From positions 16,409,752 through 16,473,751 of the forward strand of contig OZ316896.1 of the NCBI GenBank assembly GCA_973895155.1: 64,000 nt of DNA. The letters are read 5' to 3'. This document shows, piece by piece, positions 36,835 through 49,947 of the stretch. The position numbers and the translations under genes are program-made. This DNA comes from Marsupella aquatica (lineage: Eukaryota; Plantae; Marchantiophyta). The notes under the pieces are model-generated. The model was given only the letters and a program-made list of their open reading frames with translations, was not told the origin of the DNA and searched no databases. How positions within the stretch are numbered: position 1 is the stretch's first letter; the number at the start of each line of letters is the position of its first letter.

Positions 36835-39800
36835 TCATTGAGTTCCCCAAATCTCCTTCAACAATTCAAACCGGCTGCCTCCGTGCATCTCTGCAGCAGA
36901 TCGACCTCTTTTCGTAGCTGCACCTTCAGAATGCGTTCCATTTGCAGTTCCTTGCATTGAATTACCCATAAGGAATTCCAGCTTACTACTTGCAGAGCTC
37001 TTCTGCAGTTGCTCCATGACAGTCAGATCTTCATCACTAGTGTATCCTTTCCTCAACAAGGAACTACTACTGCGTCCCCAAGCACTTGTATCCGAATTTG
37101 CTTCACCAATCCAAGACCACACATATTCTGCAGCTGGTGCAACATATATGATGGGAGGTGCAGCAGCCATAGCAATAGATGTTGCGATACCATCAGCCTC
37201 ACCTTGTCTTTGCTTTTCTATTGAAGCCTGCAAGATGCCATTCGTCAAAATACGTATTATCTATATGTACGTTAGATCCATCAAACTCAATCTTGCTACA
37301 CTCCATGTTCTAAACCTACACCGAATCTCTAGGGCAACAACATCGATACCATCTCAAAACCTATCTGACACGGGAAGCAGAACCTCCTCTTTAAAACGTG
37401 TGCTTCTACCCACGGGACCAACGCCAACCTGTTCATTTGTCCAGGTGGCTATTGTATGCGATTATGCATGAATTGAAACGTAAAGAAATTCACAACATAC
37501 CTCTGCATTTAGGGCTGCCAGAAGCGAAGGTGAAATGGGATCTGGAGCATATTCATCAGGAACAAAATTGACTAAAATTCTCCGAATAAGTTCTAGACTC
37601 AGCATTGGACATATCTGTACAAAAGCAAAAAACCAGGTCATCAATGTATAAAGATAGAGAAACTTAATACCAACAGTCACCCTTGGAATCACAACGTCTA
37701 CCTGTGACAAACACCCACCTCAATTTCTTAACAGTATTCATTTGTCCCCAAGTAAACCGAAGTTGTGGTCTGAAACAAGTGCAGTCCCAGAACCCGCTGC
37801 AATCGAATCTGGAAAGAGGGAATTGGGCTTGAAGGGCGGACCACCATGGAATCAAACTCAGTTTTCTGATCGGAAGCACGCACAGCATGTACTAAATTTC
37901 ACGAGTGCGAAAATTGCAGGTGACAAGGAAATATGCTGAAGCAAGAGGACAGCGCACGAATGTAACAATGGATAGCACCAGGGTATGGGAAACCTTACAC
38001 TCATCGACATGCATCAATGAGACATGCAAATATATTTGCTAATATATAAGCAATTGTAGTCCAGTTGTCCTGGGAAGACCTCGTTCATGTGAATATTGTA
38101 ATCAATCTAGAATAAAAATGAGTTCTCATATTTAGCAATGACCAGATTGATCATTGCAGCATTTACTATGTTTCTTGACCATTCTGGCACATGAAACAAG
38201 TTTTAAGAATCAAATGATGTTACCTCCCTTCTCAGCGACTTGTCCATAAGCAAGTCTTTAGGTAGCTGTAAAATGTCGCCAGTGGTTCTAAGTAATAAAA
38301 ACACATCGGCACTCTTCACGGCCTCTGGGCTGGCTTCCTGGAAGTCAGATCTATCAGAGAGGCAAACTGGTTTAAGGGAAATAGTGGTATCATTACAGTG
38401 AAGTGACCTAAGGCCAACGTAAGGAAGAGCATATTTCTGGGTCTCGAGTAACCTAGACTCTTGAGTAATTTACAGCTTTCCAGGGTTTCAGTGTCGAGAG
38501 AATTCGACTCAATTGGTTAAAATTTGTGCACTGCACTGCGGATTGGTGGAGAACAATTATTAGCGCATGCCAAGAATATTACAGTGCAACTGAGTTCCGC
38601 GAGCATAATAAGTTGCTTCATTTAGACTCACTTGGGACGCAAATCCAGGCAAGAGCTGATATATTTGAAGCCTCCCAGAATCTATCCCTCGCACAAGTAC
38701 TATTATAGTGCTGGTTTCAGTTCGGGGCGCTGTGGTCACAGATAGAGCTCACTCGCATCACAAATCAGCGTTCTAGTACAACGCCGGACTATTTAAGTAA
38801 AACGTTTCCATTTCCAAGCCATGAGCTACTCCTGGAAGCATAGCAACGTCAAATAGCCAAGTAAGGCACACCAAACTTAAAGTCATGACACCAAATAATT
38901 ACGTTGTGTCATCTACTCTCTAGTAGATGACACAAAGTAATTATGTTTGTACTATACTGTTTATGCCATCCACAGTAATGTAAGCTCTGAAAGGAGAAAA
39001 TGAGTTCCGCTGCCGAAGTTGCCAAACTGGATGAGACACTCTAGAGGGGGGGCGAGGGGGAGGAACTCTATGTCACGAAAACGTGGAAGGGAAGACATAC
39101 CTCCTTTCTGATGTTCCTGTCCATAAGAATATCCTTTGGGAGCATTAGCAGATCCCCAGTTGCCTTGATGAGATTGAAAAATCTCGGCACTTTCTCGGAG
39201 TCTTCAGATGTATCTGTGGTGTCTCCATTTTCCCCATCAGGGACAAAGACCGGCTCCTTGACAGTTACAAGGCCAGTAATAAAGGTGGACCATGTCACCA
39301 CCTGCAACACATTTGGAGGTATGTGGATATTAGTTCACCAAACGGACATCACAACTTCAGCCATTTGCTATAAGTAACAAACTCTAGTTGAAAAACTTAC
39401 CACGTTTTTCAACTGTGAACCCGCTCCAAATGTCAATGCACCAGGTGAAATTGGAAGAACATTGGAATCGCTCACCGGATCAGAAAACGGGTCGGTAGGC
39501 ACATCATCACCTGGTTCTCGCAAAATTGCATTGAACAAAGCTACATCCAGTCTTGCGACACAGCCCTCAATTGCCTGGACTTGAGACAGCATTATGCACG
39601 TGTTAAACACTTCGAGCAATCAAGCCAGTCACTGCATTGGACAGAAAAAGTCATTACTGCAGTAAGAAGCAACCATGGAACATATGAATAAATGTAGAGA
39701 AGTAGGGCACCACCTGGCAGAAGGTCTCTTCAATTTCTGTTGTCAAAGACGAGGGTTTGCTTTCATTGTAAAGCAAAGATGCAAAATCATACTAGTAGGA

Positions 39801-42800
39801 TCCTATGGGCTGTATACAAAAGCATATTGCAGACCACTGATTCCAACAAAAATTACTCAATTCTCAGGTCAGAATCATTGAGTACTGACCATCTTGATCA
39901 GCATTGGAAGGCAGCCGCAATCATGGCCTGCTCCACGTACAGGGCATAACCTCCGAAGAGCCTCCATTATAGCCTTCTTCCAAACTTCCACAGACATGTT
40001 TCCTTGGCGAGCATCTCCAAGTTCCGGGAGGTTAGAAGAACGTCTAGATGGTTTCTTTATGAAAATCCCACTTACATCACCAGCCAACTTACTCAGATCC
40101 TCCTTCGCAGAACCAAATAAAGCTGACGGAGATAACATAGCCATTCCTTTTGGGCTTGTCGGCGTGCTTGCATCGACATCCTTCTGCATTCTGGGAATCA
40201 TTGCCTTTACACAAAGGACAAGCCAATCACTATAATGAATTGACGTGAAGAAGATCTGGTGTCATTCGAAGGCAAATGAATTCAAAAGAAATAAAGACAT
40301 CAGACATGTGTAGACTTAAAAGTATCTTTACCTGCCACCAAAGACTTTCGACAATCTTGGAATAAATCCATTCTTCGATCTTCTCAAGCGCAGCTATATA
40401 CGTGCTGCCCTCTTGCCAGTCAGCAGATAGTGGCTTTGTAGTCGTTGGCGGTGTCTGTAAGGACGGCCGTCTGGTAAAGCTGGATTGCTTGACCCTTGCC
40501 CAGCCTGGAGAACCATTCCCATTAGCATTAGCCACGGAGCTAGACTGTGCTTTATCTCCCTTTGCCACACTGGATAGTCCCTTATCAAAGAACTTTGTAA
40601 TAATGACCCTCAAGGCAACCACATTGGACCACCAGAAAGTCAACCTGCAATCAATCATATCAAAGTAAGTGAGGATATCCGACCCATGGTTGTTCCAAAA
40701 CAGCAAATGTTGGACTTTGATTTTCGTTCCCGAGGATAAAACTCCCTACAACCTATCTACTTAAAAGCGCTGGTCTCTCACCCAAGTTAATTGTTAGGTT
40801 CTTGTGCATGGGAACCAACTAAGATGTGCTAGCCACATTTGCAGAATGTGGCTCCTACGAAATTTCAACCTCATACTTGAATGCACAATTGTCACAAAAA
40901 ACCAAGACAGCACCATCAAGACATAGACTCCACTGACCGACGCTGTCAACAATGAGATCTTCTCCACACCAGTTGATGAAAGTAAGACAAATGATGAAGT
41001 GGATGTGTACCTGGAAACGTCACTCCCACAGGATTTGGCAACTGTCACTAGCCCCGAGACAGAGTTTTTTACTGTATTAGCTCTCCTCTCTGGCGTCCAT
41101 TTTTTGTGGGCATGCATGTAGAGTCTTGCAAGCCGACGAGCTGGGGTGTGAAGCTTATGAGACGAGCTGCCATGCTCAGCAACAACACAATACAACGACA
41201 CCTCCATAGCTCCAACATCGCGAAGCTCTCCCTGAAGGTTCTCCACCTTTTGAGATTCGGCTGAAAACTTAGCCTCGGCATTGGTAATTTTCATTCTTAA
41301 TTCCTCTAATGCTCGTTTTTCAATCTTTGCCAAATTCGCTCTAGCCGAACCCAGCACACTTTCACCTTGTTCCACTGGTTCCTCATATTTGTCCGCAGCT
41401 TCCTTCTTCCCCTCTGCTTCGACTGCAATATCCTTCTTAGCATCTGGGATTTTGCTGTGTAAGCCTTTACTTATGTCCCGTTTTTCATCCCTCACAACGG
41501 AAATATTACTTCCAATGTTACTGTCCGCTTCCTTCCTCTCGATTTGCTTTGCCTCCACAGAGTGTTCTGGACTCGGAATCGAACGTCCGGAAACATGTGA
41601 GTGGTCGCGCAATGCAGTTTGTGTCGGAGATCTTCCACCATTCGAAGACTCTGAGAAGGAATCTTCAGAGGTCTCAGACACGTGATCGAATGAAGAACCT
41701 TCGAAGGATCTGAACGTTCTACTTGCTACATAAGCAGCTGAGGCTGCCGCTGCAGCGGAGGCTGCTGCCGCTGCTGCAGCTGCCTTGGCCGGCGCTGGAG
41801 GGAGCTGTGCTGCCCTTTCCTGTGATGGCTCTCTTTTGGTCGACGCGTCCGATAGAGTCGATTGTGGACGTTCGGACCCGGCAATTTCTCCATTATTCTG
41901 CAACAAAATCGATGTCCAGAACCAATGAATCGAAACATGGGGAGTAATTTTAATGAATGTGACAAATTCGATTGATCACACAGTCACATCAAAGGAGAGG
42001 AGAAAAGTACAATGCTCGGCGAAACTTTGAGGGAACGAGTTTTGCTAAATGTAATAAGAGCGGACCTAGATTCCAACCAGTCACCGAGTAAAGCTAGAAT
42101 CATACGCAGCTGTCGTACCTTGCTTTCTGCCAATGAGCCGCTGCTACTCGCCCTGTCGGCTGACTTACTAGCCACAATTTGGGGACGCTCTGATGAGGAA
42201 ACAAATATTCTGTTGGCTTTGTTTGAACTGCTGCTGCTGCTGCTACTGCTGCTGGTGACATCTGTGGCCAACGTCGCAACTGCAGCGTGGTCCCGTTGTT
42301 CTAGTAATGGCAGTCGCTTGGTCACTTTGCTCAACTGGCCCTCGGCCTCGATAGGCGAGCCTAAGGTGCTTGGAAGAATTTTAGTAGGATGGGTAGCTGA
42401 CTGAGAGGCAAAATCGTCGGCAATCTTGCTAGATTTGTAGACCGGTTCTGTTGAGAAGAGTTGAGTAATTGAAGCTGTGGAAGCCGACCCTGCGGTCGGG
42501 CTACTAGGCGGTCCAGCTGTTAGTATCGTCGAACTTTCCACTGCCTTCCCTGGAGCTTCCTTGGCTGGGACATGTCTCGATCGCTCTTCAGTGTGGTTAG
42601 TGGCTATGACTACAGGACTTCTAGGTGGCGTGACCGAAGCCGAGGCCCTTGACATTTGTGATTCAGGCGTCGTTGGCGCCTCTGAAACCTTGCCTGTTGA
42701 TCTGGGAGTGGAATCTTCAGGAGGAGTACTTTCGTCATCGGTGAAAGACTCGATTGATATATTGTCATCGTCGTCGCTCAAGAGTGAAGCTACGATGGAT

Positions 42801-43426
42801 CTCCTCGTGTCCTCATCGAGATCAGTCTCTACTTTCGATTTACCGGTCACACTGATTTCCTTCTCAGGAGCTTTCGAGACTGAGGCTCTTGGAGTCGAAG
42901 ACCCGAAACTCACGCGTGATGCAAAGCTCCGCTCCTCCTTTCCGAAATGGCCAATGGTAAGAAATAGAGACGGTGTCGGTCCCCCCGACGCATATTTCTT
43001 CCCAACAGCGAGGGGGATGCTCGCTGGAACACTGGAAGGGAGGTCCCCGTATTCCGCAAGATCCATCACGCATCGCGCCAATTGAAGGTCCGTCTTCGCC
43101 TCCTGCAATGTGAAGACAATCGTCTTCTTTTGAAACTTTGGAGTCCCGGCAGCGTTTCGGCCTTTCCCTGCTGCTGGTTCCCGAACCAATTTAGCCGGGA
43201 GCCGAAATGTGTCATTGAACACGATCTTCCCTCCATCCTCCTGTGTAGGCACCGCGCTTCTGGTCCTGCCTGACCGACTATCCCCTCTCTCCCATTGCAC
43301 GAGAAGAGGAACGTTTGCACCGGAACTCGTCGCGTTTGCTCTCCATGGCTTGATCTCCTGCACTTGAATTTGAAATTCAACTTTCACCGTGGCCCCTTTC
43401 TTCTTCGATCCGAGACCAAGAACCAT
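36835..43426 (-). CDS. NT-type C2 (EEIG1/EHBP1 N-terminal) domain protein with conserved plant C-terminal helical domain, 8 exons
   Basis: Exons 43426-42119, 41897-41011, 40644-40332, 40204-39890, 39574-39401, 39301-39101, 37614-37501 and 37227-36835 (GT-AG, phases fit). Motifs MVLGL...EIKPW...QWERGD, SLY.VVAEHGSS.HK.H.PARRL, RLTFWWSN, RLCPVRGAGH.CGCLP, RLDVALFNAILRE, PTDP.SDP and LNAE. Confidence 0.9.
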
Positions 43427-45646
43427 GTTTCTTTTACTTCCTTTATTTTTCCTGTCTGCCTCGAGGAATGTACGACCTCCCTATCCGGCTTTCTGTCGCC
43501 CGTGCTTCCCAGGAATAAACATTCCCCAATCTGGATAATTCGCTCTCCGTCAGTTCTATCACTAACGCGCATGATCCTCTGCCGATTCTCCCGTCATGTA
43601 CAGGTCCGTAGGTACAAAATCTAGCAACGTACTCGCGCTCTTCAAAGTCCCGGCTAGGGTATCTCAAATCCTTTCTCCACCTTCCGTTGTCCTGAAAGGA
43701 AATGCAATTCTCGCCTAAATCGCTTCGCACTACAAGCGGCTGAACACTGCCTGATGATTCGAAACCGTAATAACCTTTGCAACATACGCAACACGCGCCC
43801 TGTCAATCGCCGAAAGGGATCTCAATCACTAGAGCAACAGATTGGGATATCGGACGCTTCAACAACGATCACTCGTCCAAAATGCCCGCAAACTCGGTCA
43901 TTCCTCACAGATTTACTTGAGATTATCCATGTTCGTGCACAGTGATGATCAGAAGATGAGGATCACATCATTTCTGCAGGGGCATAACGCTTGCCTCAAA
44001 TCATTTTGGAGGCCCTCGTGATGGGTAAGGCATAGGTATGAGAGGGGCTGCAAAGGGTTCAACTCAGTAGCGAAACCTCAGAAATACCCTTTTCCCATCC
44101 TTCATCTCGAAAGGTCACAGCATTGTTCTTACTCATCAATCTGTCCATTATATGGAGTACAAAGAGGACCTTTCAAGTCAAAACAATTAAAAAATTGAAG
44201 GGTCAATTTACTGTATTTGGCATGTTACCTTTTCGTCTGGTACTACTCAATAACAAAGTCCGGACAATACTTGTCCTCGTCCAAAATACCAAAATAATGC
44301 AAAAGCATGTCAAATCCCCGTGGGTGAAATCATAAACTCCATCATAGAACTCCACAAATTGGAACCAAATGATGATTGATTTAAGAGATAATTATTCTAC
44401 ATTTGGACCGTACTGAAAGAACTGGTATTGTCCTGACTAATCCCAAGTGCGTGCATTGAATAGAAAATGAGTATTCCTCAAGTCATCTCAACCCCAACCT
44501 CAACACGTTGCAAGAATGTACTGAATGGATACTAACCACCAACCATTTTCTCCCCACCTTCCATAGAATAGGTTTTAGCAGTTGGTCTTCCTCCTGATGT
44601 AAGACAATTGCAAGACGTTTCTTATACTACATGGTAACCAACAGTTTGGTGTAAGACGATAATTGATTTATTTAGTTTTTTAATCACATTTTACTGGCCA
44701 CTTTATCCCCACGAGGCGCAAGAGACGAAAAAAGTACGTGGCAATGGAGCCCATATGAGATAAATGATATTTCTTTGAAGGCAATCCCGGGCACAACAAT
44801 TGGACTTTGACTGAAAACTCGAAACCAAAGTGCCTTGCTAACAGGAGCAATTGAGCAAACGACACACAGCAATTTGAAAAGGATTTCCATTTGTATCCGG
44901 TGAGGTTTTTCCTAATGGCGAGGACATCCACAGGCCTCTCCAAAGTCATGGCTGTGCTTGTGACAACTTAGGTGTGAAGATCTTAGTGTTGGGTACGTGA
45001 CTCGAAACACAGAAGGGCAGCTTCTCGAACTTGTTGTTCATCAACAACCTGCAAATAGCAATAGTAGGTGTGAGAGTCTCCACTCGGAACAAAAAACGCC
45101 TTCGCTCTAGAATTTTTGAAGCAGAATAGTTTCCCAGTGAAGTGTTGACCTCTCCCTGAAAGACTTGAGAAAATCGCAATTCCGAGTAACACTAAGAGCA
45201 GATATGTGAGGAGGGCTTGCAATACATCTTGGAACGACCAGACAGAGCAAGTGCAACGCATTTTTCTACAACACAAACTGAGATCCCAAAGATATCCTAT
45301 TGCAGTTATTCTAGTTCAAATGAGTGAATATCCATACCTCGCAAAAACTTCATCCCAAACTGTTAATTCAAGTCAATAATGCCTTCCAACAGCTTGATCA
45401 AATAAAAACTCACCAAAGAGACTGATCAAACTCTCGAATGTTGCAGAAGATTTGCTACGCAAGAACCTGAAGATCCAACAAATTCTGATGTAGTTATTCT
45501 ATCTCGTGCAGAGAACTACCAATTCACATCCTTCCCTTGCAAAACGGTCATGTCATATTGCTAATTCAATTCAAATCAAGTGACCACTTCATCAAATGGA
45601 AACTCACCAACAAAATTGATCAAACTCTGGGGTTGACCTCATGGTT

Positions 45647-48600
45647 CTACTGCAGTTGTCGTAAATCTGTTGGCGTCACTTCTTCATCTGGAGTTGCTGA
45701 AAGATCCTCACCATCCTGTTCAATGGATGCAGGGAACTTGTCCTCATGGGAGCTGCTCTGAGAGCACACCCAATTGCATGAAAAGCGCCACACAGATGCA
45801 CAGTTCTCCTCAACTGCAAACAACAATGACCAATAGAATCTAAAATCAACGCTGAAGCAATCTTGGAAAAAAACAAATAATTGGTAAACCACGTGGCCAT
45901 GCTGCCCTGCATAAATTTAGAGGGGTCGAGACAGGGGAAATCTTTGGTGAGAACAGTCCAATCTGTTGCCTGACCTTTCAAAGTAATCCGATCACTACCA
46001 TCATCATTATCATCATCTGCACTTGATTTAAATCGGCGATGCCCTGAAGCTGATGCCGCTAGCGGCAACGAAGGATGAAAGCCAAAGCTGCTTACGGTAT
46101 CTGCAGAGATCATACTTACATACTTAACCTATTAAATTGGATCCACAAAATCCGTCTACAAAACTCAAGTCAAAGCCCGTTACGACACAATAACACAAAG
46201 TCTTTGATCAGTCCATGCATCCCCCAGACTCAGTGTTGACACTCTGTTTTTCTGAGTTCCCCCAGGTGCCATCAGAGACACCCTTTGGTACAAGAATATG
46301 TGGCTACCATGGTTGGACCAGCTTACCGAGAGCCGCCTGAAAGCTATTAACCCATGCTCCAGTCTGCAGGTCATAAATGTGTACCAACCCATCCTGACCA
46401 GGTAATACAGAAGTCATTGAAGAATCGCACCTTGCGCTAAGCCTAACATCCAACGTCATTTGTTGCAAAAGATGCAGTTTTACCAAAAGCTTTCAGGGAT
46501 GACGAAAGTACAATTGCTTACTAGCTTCAAAATGGCGTACTGTACCATATCTACTGCGCAAGCTGAGTACTCTCAAAGTACGTCGACAAGAAAATAGGGT
46601 GTCAGTTAATCCCCGTTGCGCGAGTGGCCCAGGCGACAGTAATATTCAAAGAACTGCTACGATCGTTTTTTGGAACTTTCAGAAGCAAATGTGATGAATC
46701 ACAACATACCTGGCCCCCTGTTCCCAGGTATCCCCCATTCGGTTCAATGTCAAACGCTATCCGTTGATTGGTATCTGTTGTTACCCTTGGTAATCTATTC
46801 ACGTTTTTATAAAATGCATCAAACAACACAGTAATAAGTCAATAAACCTTACAAAGAATGGACCAGACGTAATCAGTCAAGATTCTAAAACCGAACGCCA
46901 GTCTGGCTTATTCATGGAACATTTGTAGAGTGGAGAGATTACTTGTATACTGTGCTGACTGTGTTGCGAATATCCCAGCATAAAATGTCAGGGTCCTTAT
47001 CAGTCAGCCCACATTGTAGTGAAAACAGTCGTCAACTAACCTCACCAACAGCAAAGAGCGAGTCGTACATTGTCCAGTACGGACCATGGCTGATACCTAA
47101 ATGACTTCAAGGCTGAAAATGACTTCAACAATTGTGGTCCTTCCCAGAAAGGAAAGCATAGGGTACCTTTCGAGCCCCAGTGTAGAGAAAGTTGCCATCT
47201 TTCGAGAACATCACCTGCCAACCAACATACAGTAAGTAAGCACATCGACAACTTTTTGCATACTTTCTGCAATATACTTGCCAAGAGAGTCACCATACCG
47301 CATCTGTGACTTCTAAATACTTTGCTAATCCGTCATAGAGTATCTATCCCATCGTCGTTTGAGGCTCCCTTCACTAAATAGATGATTAAGACCACAACAA
47401 TTTAAAGCTATAATAATCAAAAGAAGCACTACATTTCGCAATAAAAACTCTTGACGCCTTCGTTTGTCTACCTACAAGACATGGTCGAGAAATACGACCA
47501 CATTACATTACCTGTGTAACACCACCCAGCTGGCCATGCAGTACAAACAGCATCTCGAGACTGTCTTCACTGTAAAGGGCAGTTGTCCGATTGTATGAAC
47601 CAGCTGCTAGTAAACCTTCATTACTAGGGTTGAAGGCAAGGCATGATATAATCCCTACAAAGACGAACAGATCCAAGAGTCGGCACAACTGGTTGCTTCA
47701 CTGTCTCTAGTCAGTTGCTTTTGCTTGTCAAATATCTTCCTTCTAGTGACATCCAATACATGCTTCAAAGTACACAGAGACTGCAACTTCAGAGTCAAAC
47801 GACTACTCACCAGCCTGACCATCTTTGGCATCTGTGAGGGTGGAATGTTGTGAAAACTCTCGACCAGGGCGTGAAGTGTCGAACACTCGAAGCAACTTCT
47901 TGTATCCACAGTAAAGCCTGTTGGGGAGCTTGTACAACATCATTAACATGCTAAACAGTACAGAAGCCGAGTTACACCAGTCTACAATTTAAACTCAAAT
48001 CGGGCATTGATAGTAAATGGGAAATCACCCCACGATTTCTCCCCCTATTTAGTGAATTCTTCTGTTTTGTTGGGTTTCTCTGGCAAGCTCCCAGAGAACC
48101 TAAACCGAGAACCTAAACCACTTTACTGGATTTGTAGAAACTGACTCACGTTGAAATCGTCCAAAAGAGAAACATTTTAACTTATTCAGTTAACCGTTAA
48201 ATAGAGTGTGCTGGGTACAGCAGTCTCCAAAAACTTCCAATGAGATCTTACTTGGTTCCAGCAGGATTAAAGCACATCGAGTATGCTGCCGTAATTTCAT
48301 CCATTGAATCAAAAGCTCGGTAGGTACAGCGTAGCTGGGTCAAAGCGAAACACATTCAAGCCACCACAGAAGATAGACGTATCAATTTTCTGTAAACAGT
48401 CTTCAGGAGCTTCAAGCATATTGCATAAGCTTGAGATCAAGGTATAAACCGCTGACGTTCGATTTTAAAGAGGTGACATCTCCTAGGTTCATGAACGGTA
48501 ACAAAAGCAAGAAACAACAAGACATCCATCAAAACAACCTTACCTCCCCTGTCATTGCATCCCAAAGATGAACCGGGTGATCACGAGATGTGGTGGCAAA

Positions 48601-49947
48601 TACACATGAGCCTGGATCTGCGTTCCCACAAGTTCTTCCTTTTTAAGTACAAATGGAGAATGCTGATGTCAATATCAATAATTGCAGCAAATTGTCACGG
48701 ACTAAAAATGTGGCACAGGGCAATGTGAGGCGGGTTCTCCGCTTCCAATACATCGGAATTGACAAATACTCGGTAAGATGATTACCTGAAGCGATCATCT
48801 TGGGATACCAGCAGTAGTCGTAGACAGGCTCGCCTTCTTGAAAAGTTAAAGAAGGCCCGAACGAATCTGTAAAATGAAGTAAATGACGACTTAGCCCAGA
48901 TTCGTCATTTTACTGAGAGCAAAAAAGCGATCCTACAATCTGCCCTGTCGTCCTATCTGCTGCTTCTTACCTTCTAGAGACGTGGTCAAGTCAACTTCAG
49001 GAACGTCTTCAGCTGCATCACTTGGTCTGCCCACAAGCACCAATCGTTTTCAACAAATACATAGTAGTACAAATACCACAGTTTAGGGGCTGCATTATAG
49101 AAAGCCAAGTCAACTATGGCCAAGAATATACAACCTAAGCACAAAATTCCAGAAATCGAAGCACAAGAGTTGGACGAATGCACGGTGTTGGTGCAGAAGT
49201 TAAAATACATACGGTATTAGAATTAGACTCTCAGAAGGGAAACGAAATCTTACAAGTCAAATCTGTGTAGGGTGTTGTCATCACTACTTGTCAGGAAGCA
49301 AGACCCATCGGATGACCTGTGCATGAAGACACTCGTCTTTCTTAGTCCAGCGGTCTTTAGCTATACGGTCGCAAACTCCCAGAAACAACCTTTCATTTGA
49401 CCCCAGCACATAATGTACAACAATGTTTTTCCATTAAAAACTGTCACGACGAACTTGAAAGTGCTTAAATCTGTGCCAAAATTTTCACCGTCTACCCGTT
49501 TCAAAATATGATTGACAAGCAGAGGCCTCTAAAAATGATCTCTGGCATTTGAGGGAGACGTCATGGCATTCAAGTGAAAAGAGAAGCCTGCAGCGGAAGA
49601 CAAGAGAGAAACAGGCATGGGGAAATAAAATGGCTGAGAGATGAAAAGCTCAAAATTGACAGACAAAGGGAAGCTGACCATTTCAAGCCTTTGAAAAAAT
49701 TGTTTCCTTCTCGACCGTAGTTTGTAGAGTGGTTCAGGAATTGATGGTGAAAATGGTACTGGCGCCTGGGGAACGTGTCAAAGCTCAAAATGGGCCAATA
49801 ATAGTGGCCGGACTGCTGCTCGTCGTGCACAACCTGGTCCTCTGGACGGTGGGACAGATTCACCGGGATTTCCTCCATGCTGTCAACGTTCCGTTCTCGC
49901 AATGCGCCAGAACTCCTCGTCATCCTCGGATTTCTCCTGCTCGTCAT
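45647..49947 (-). CDS. WRAP53: Telomerase Cajal body protein 1 (WD40 repeat), 14 exons
   Basis: Exons 49947-49679, 49316-49254, 49026-48971, 48866-48786, 48617-48544, 48334-48252, 47917-47811, 47654-47512, 47214-47167, 46995-46943, 46794-46710, 46393-46327, 46100-45975 and 45813-45647. Motifs NNFFKGLKWSSDGSCFLT, EGEPVYDYCWYP, TSRDHPVHLWDA.TGELRCTYRA.D..DEI, VFDTSRPGR, TNQRIAFDI and FHPSLPLAASASGHRRF. Confidence 0.93.
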
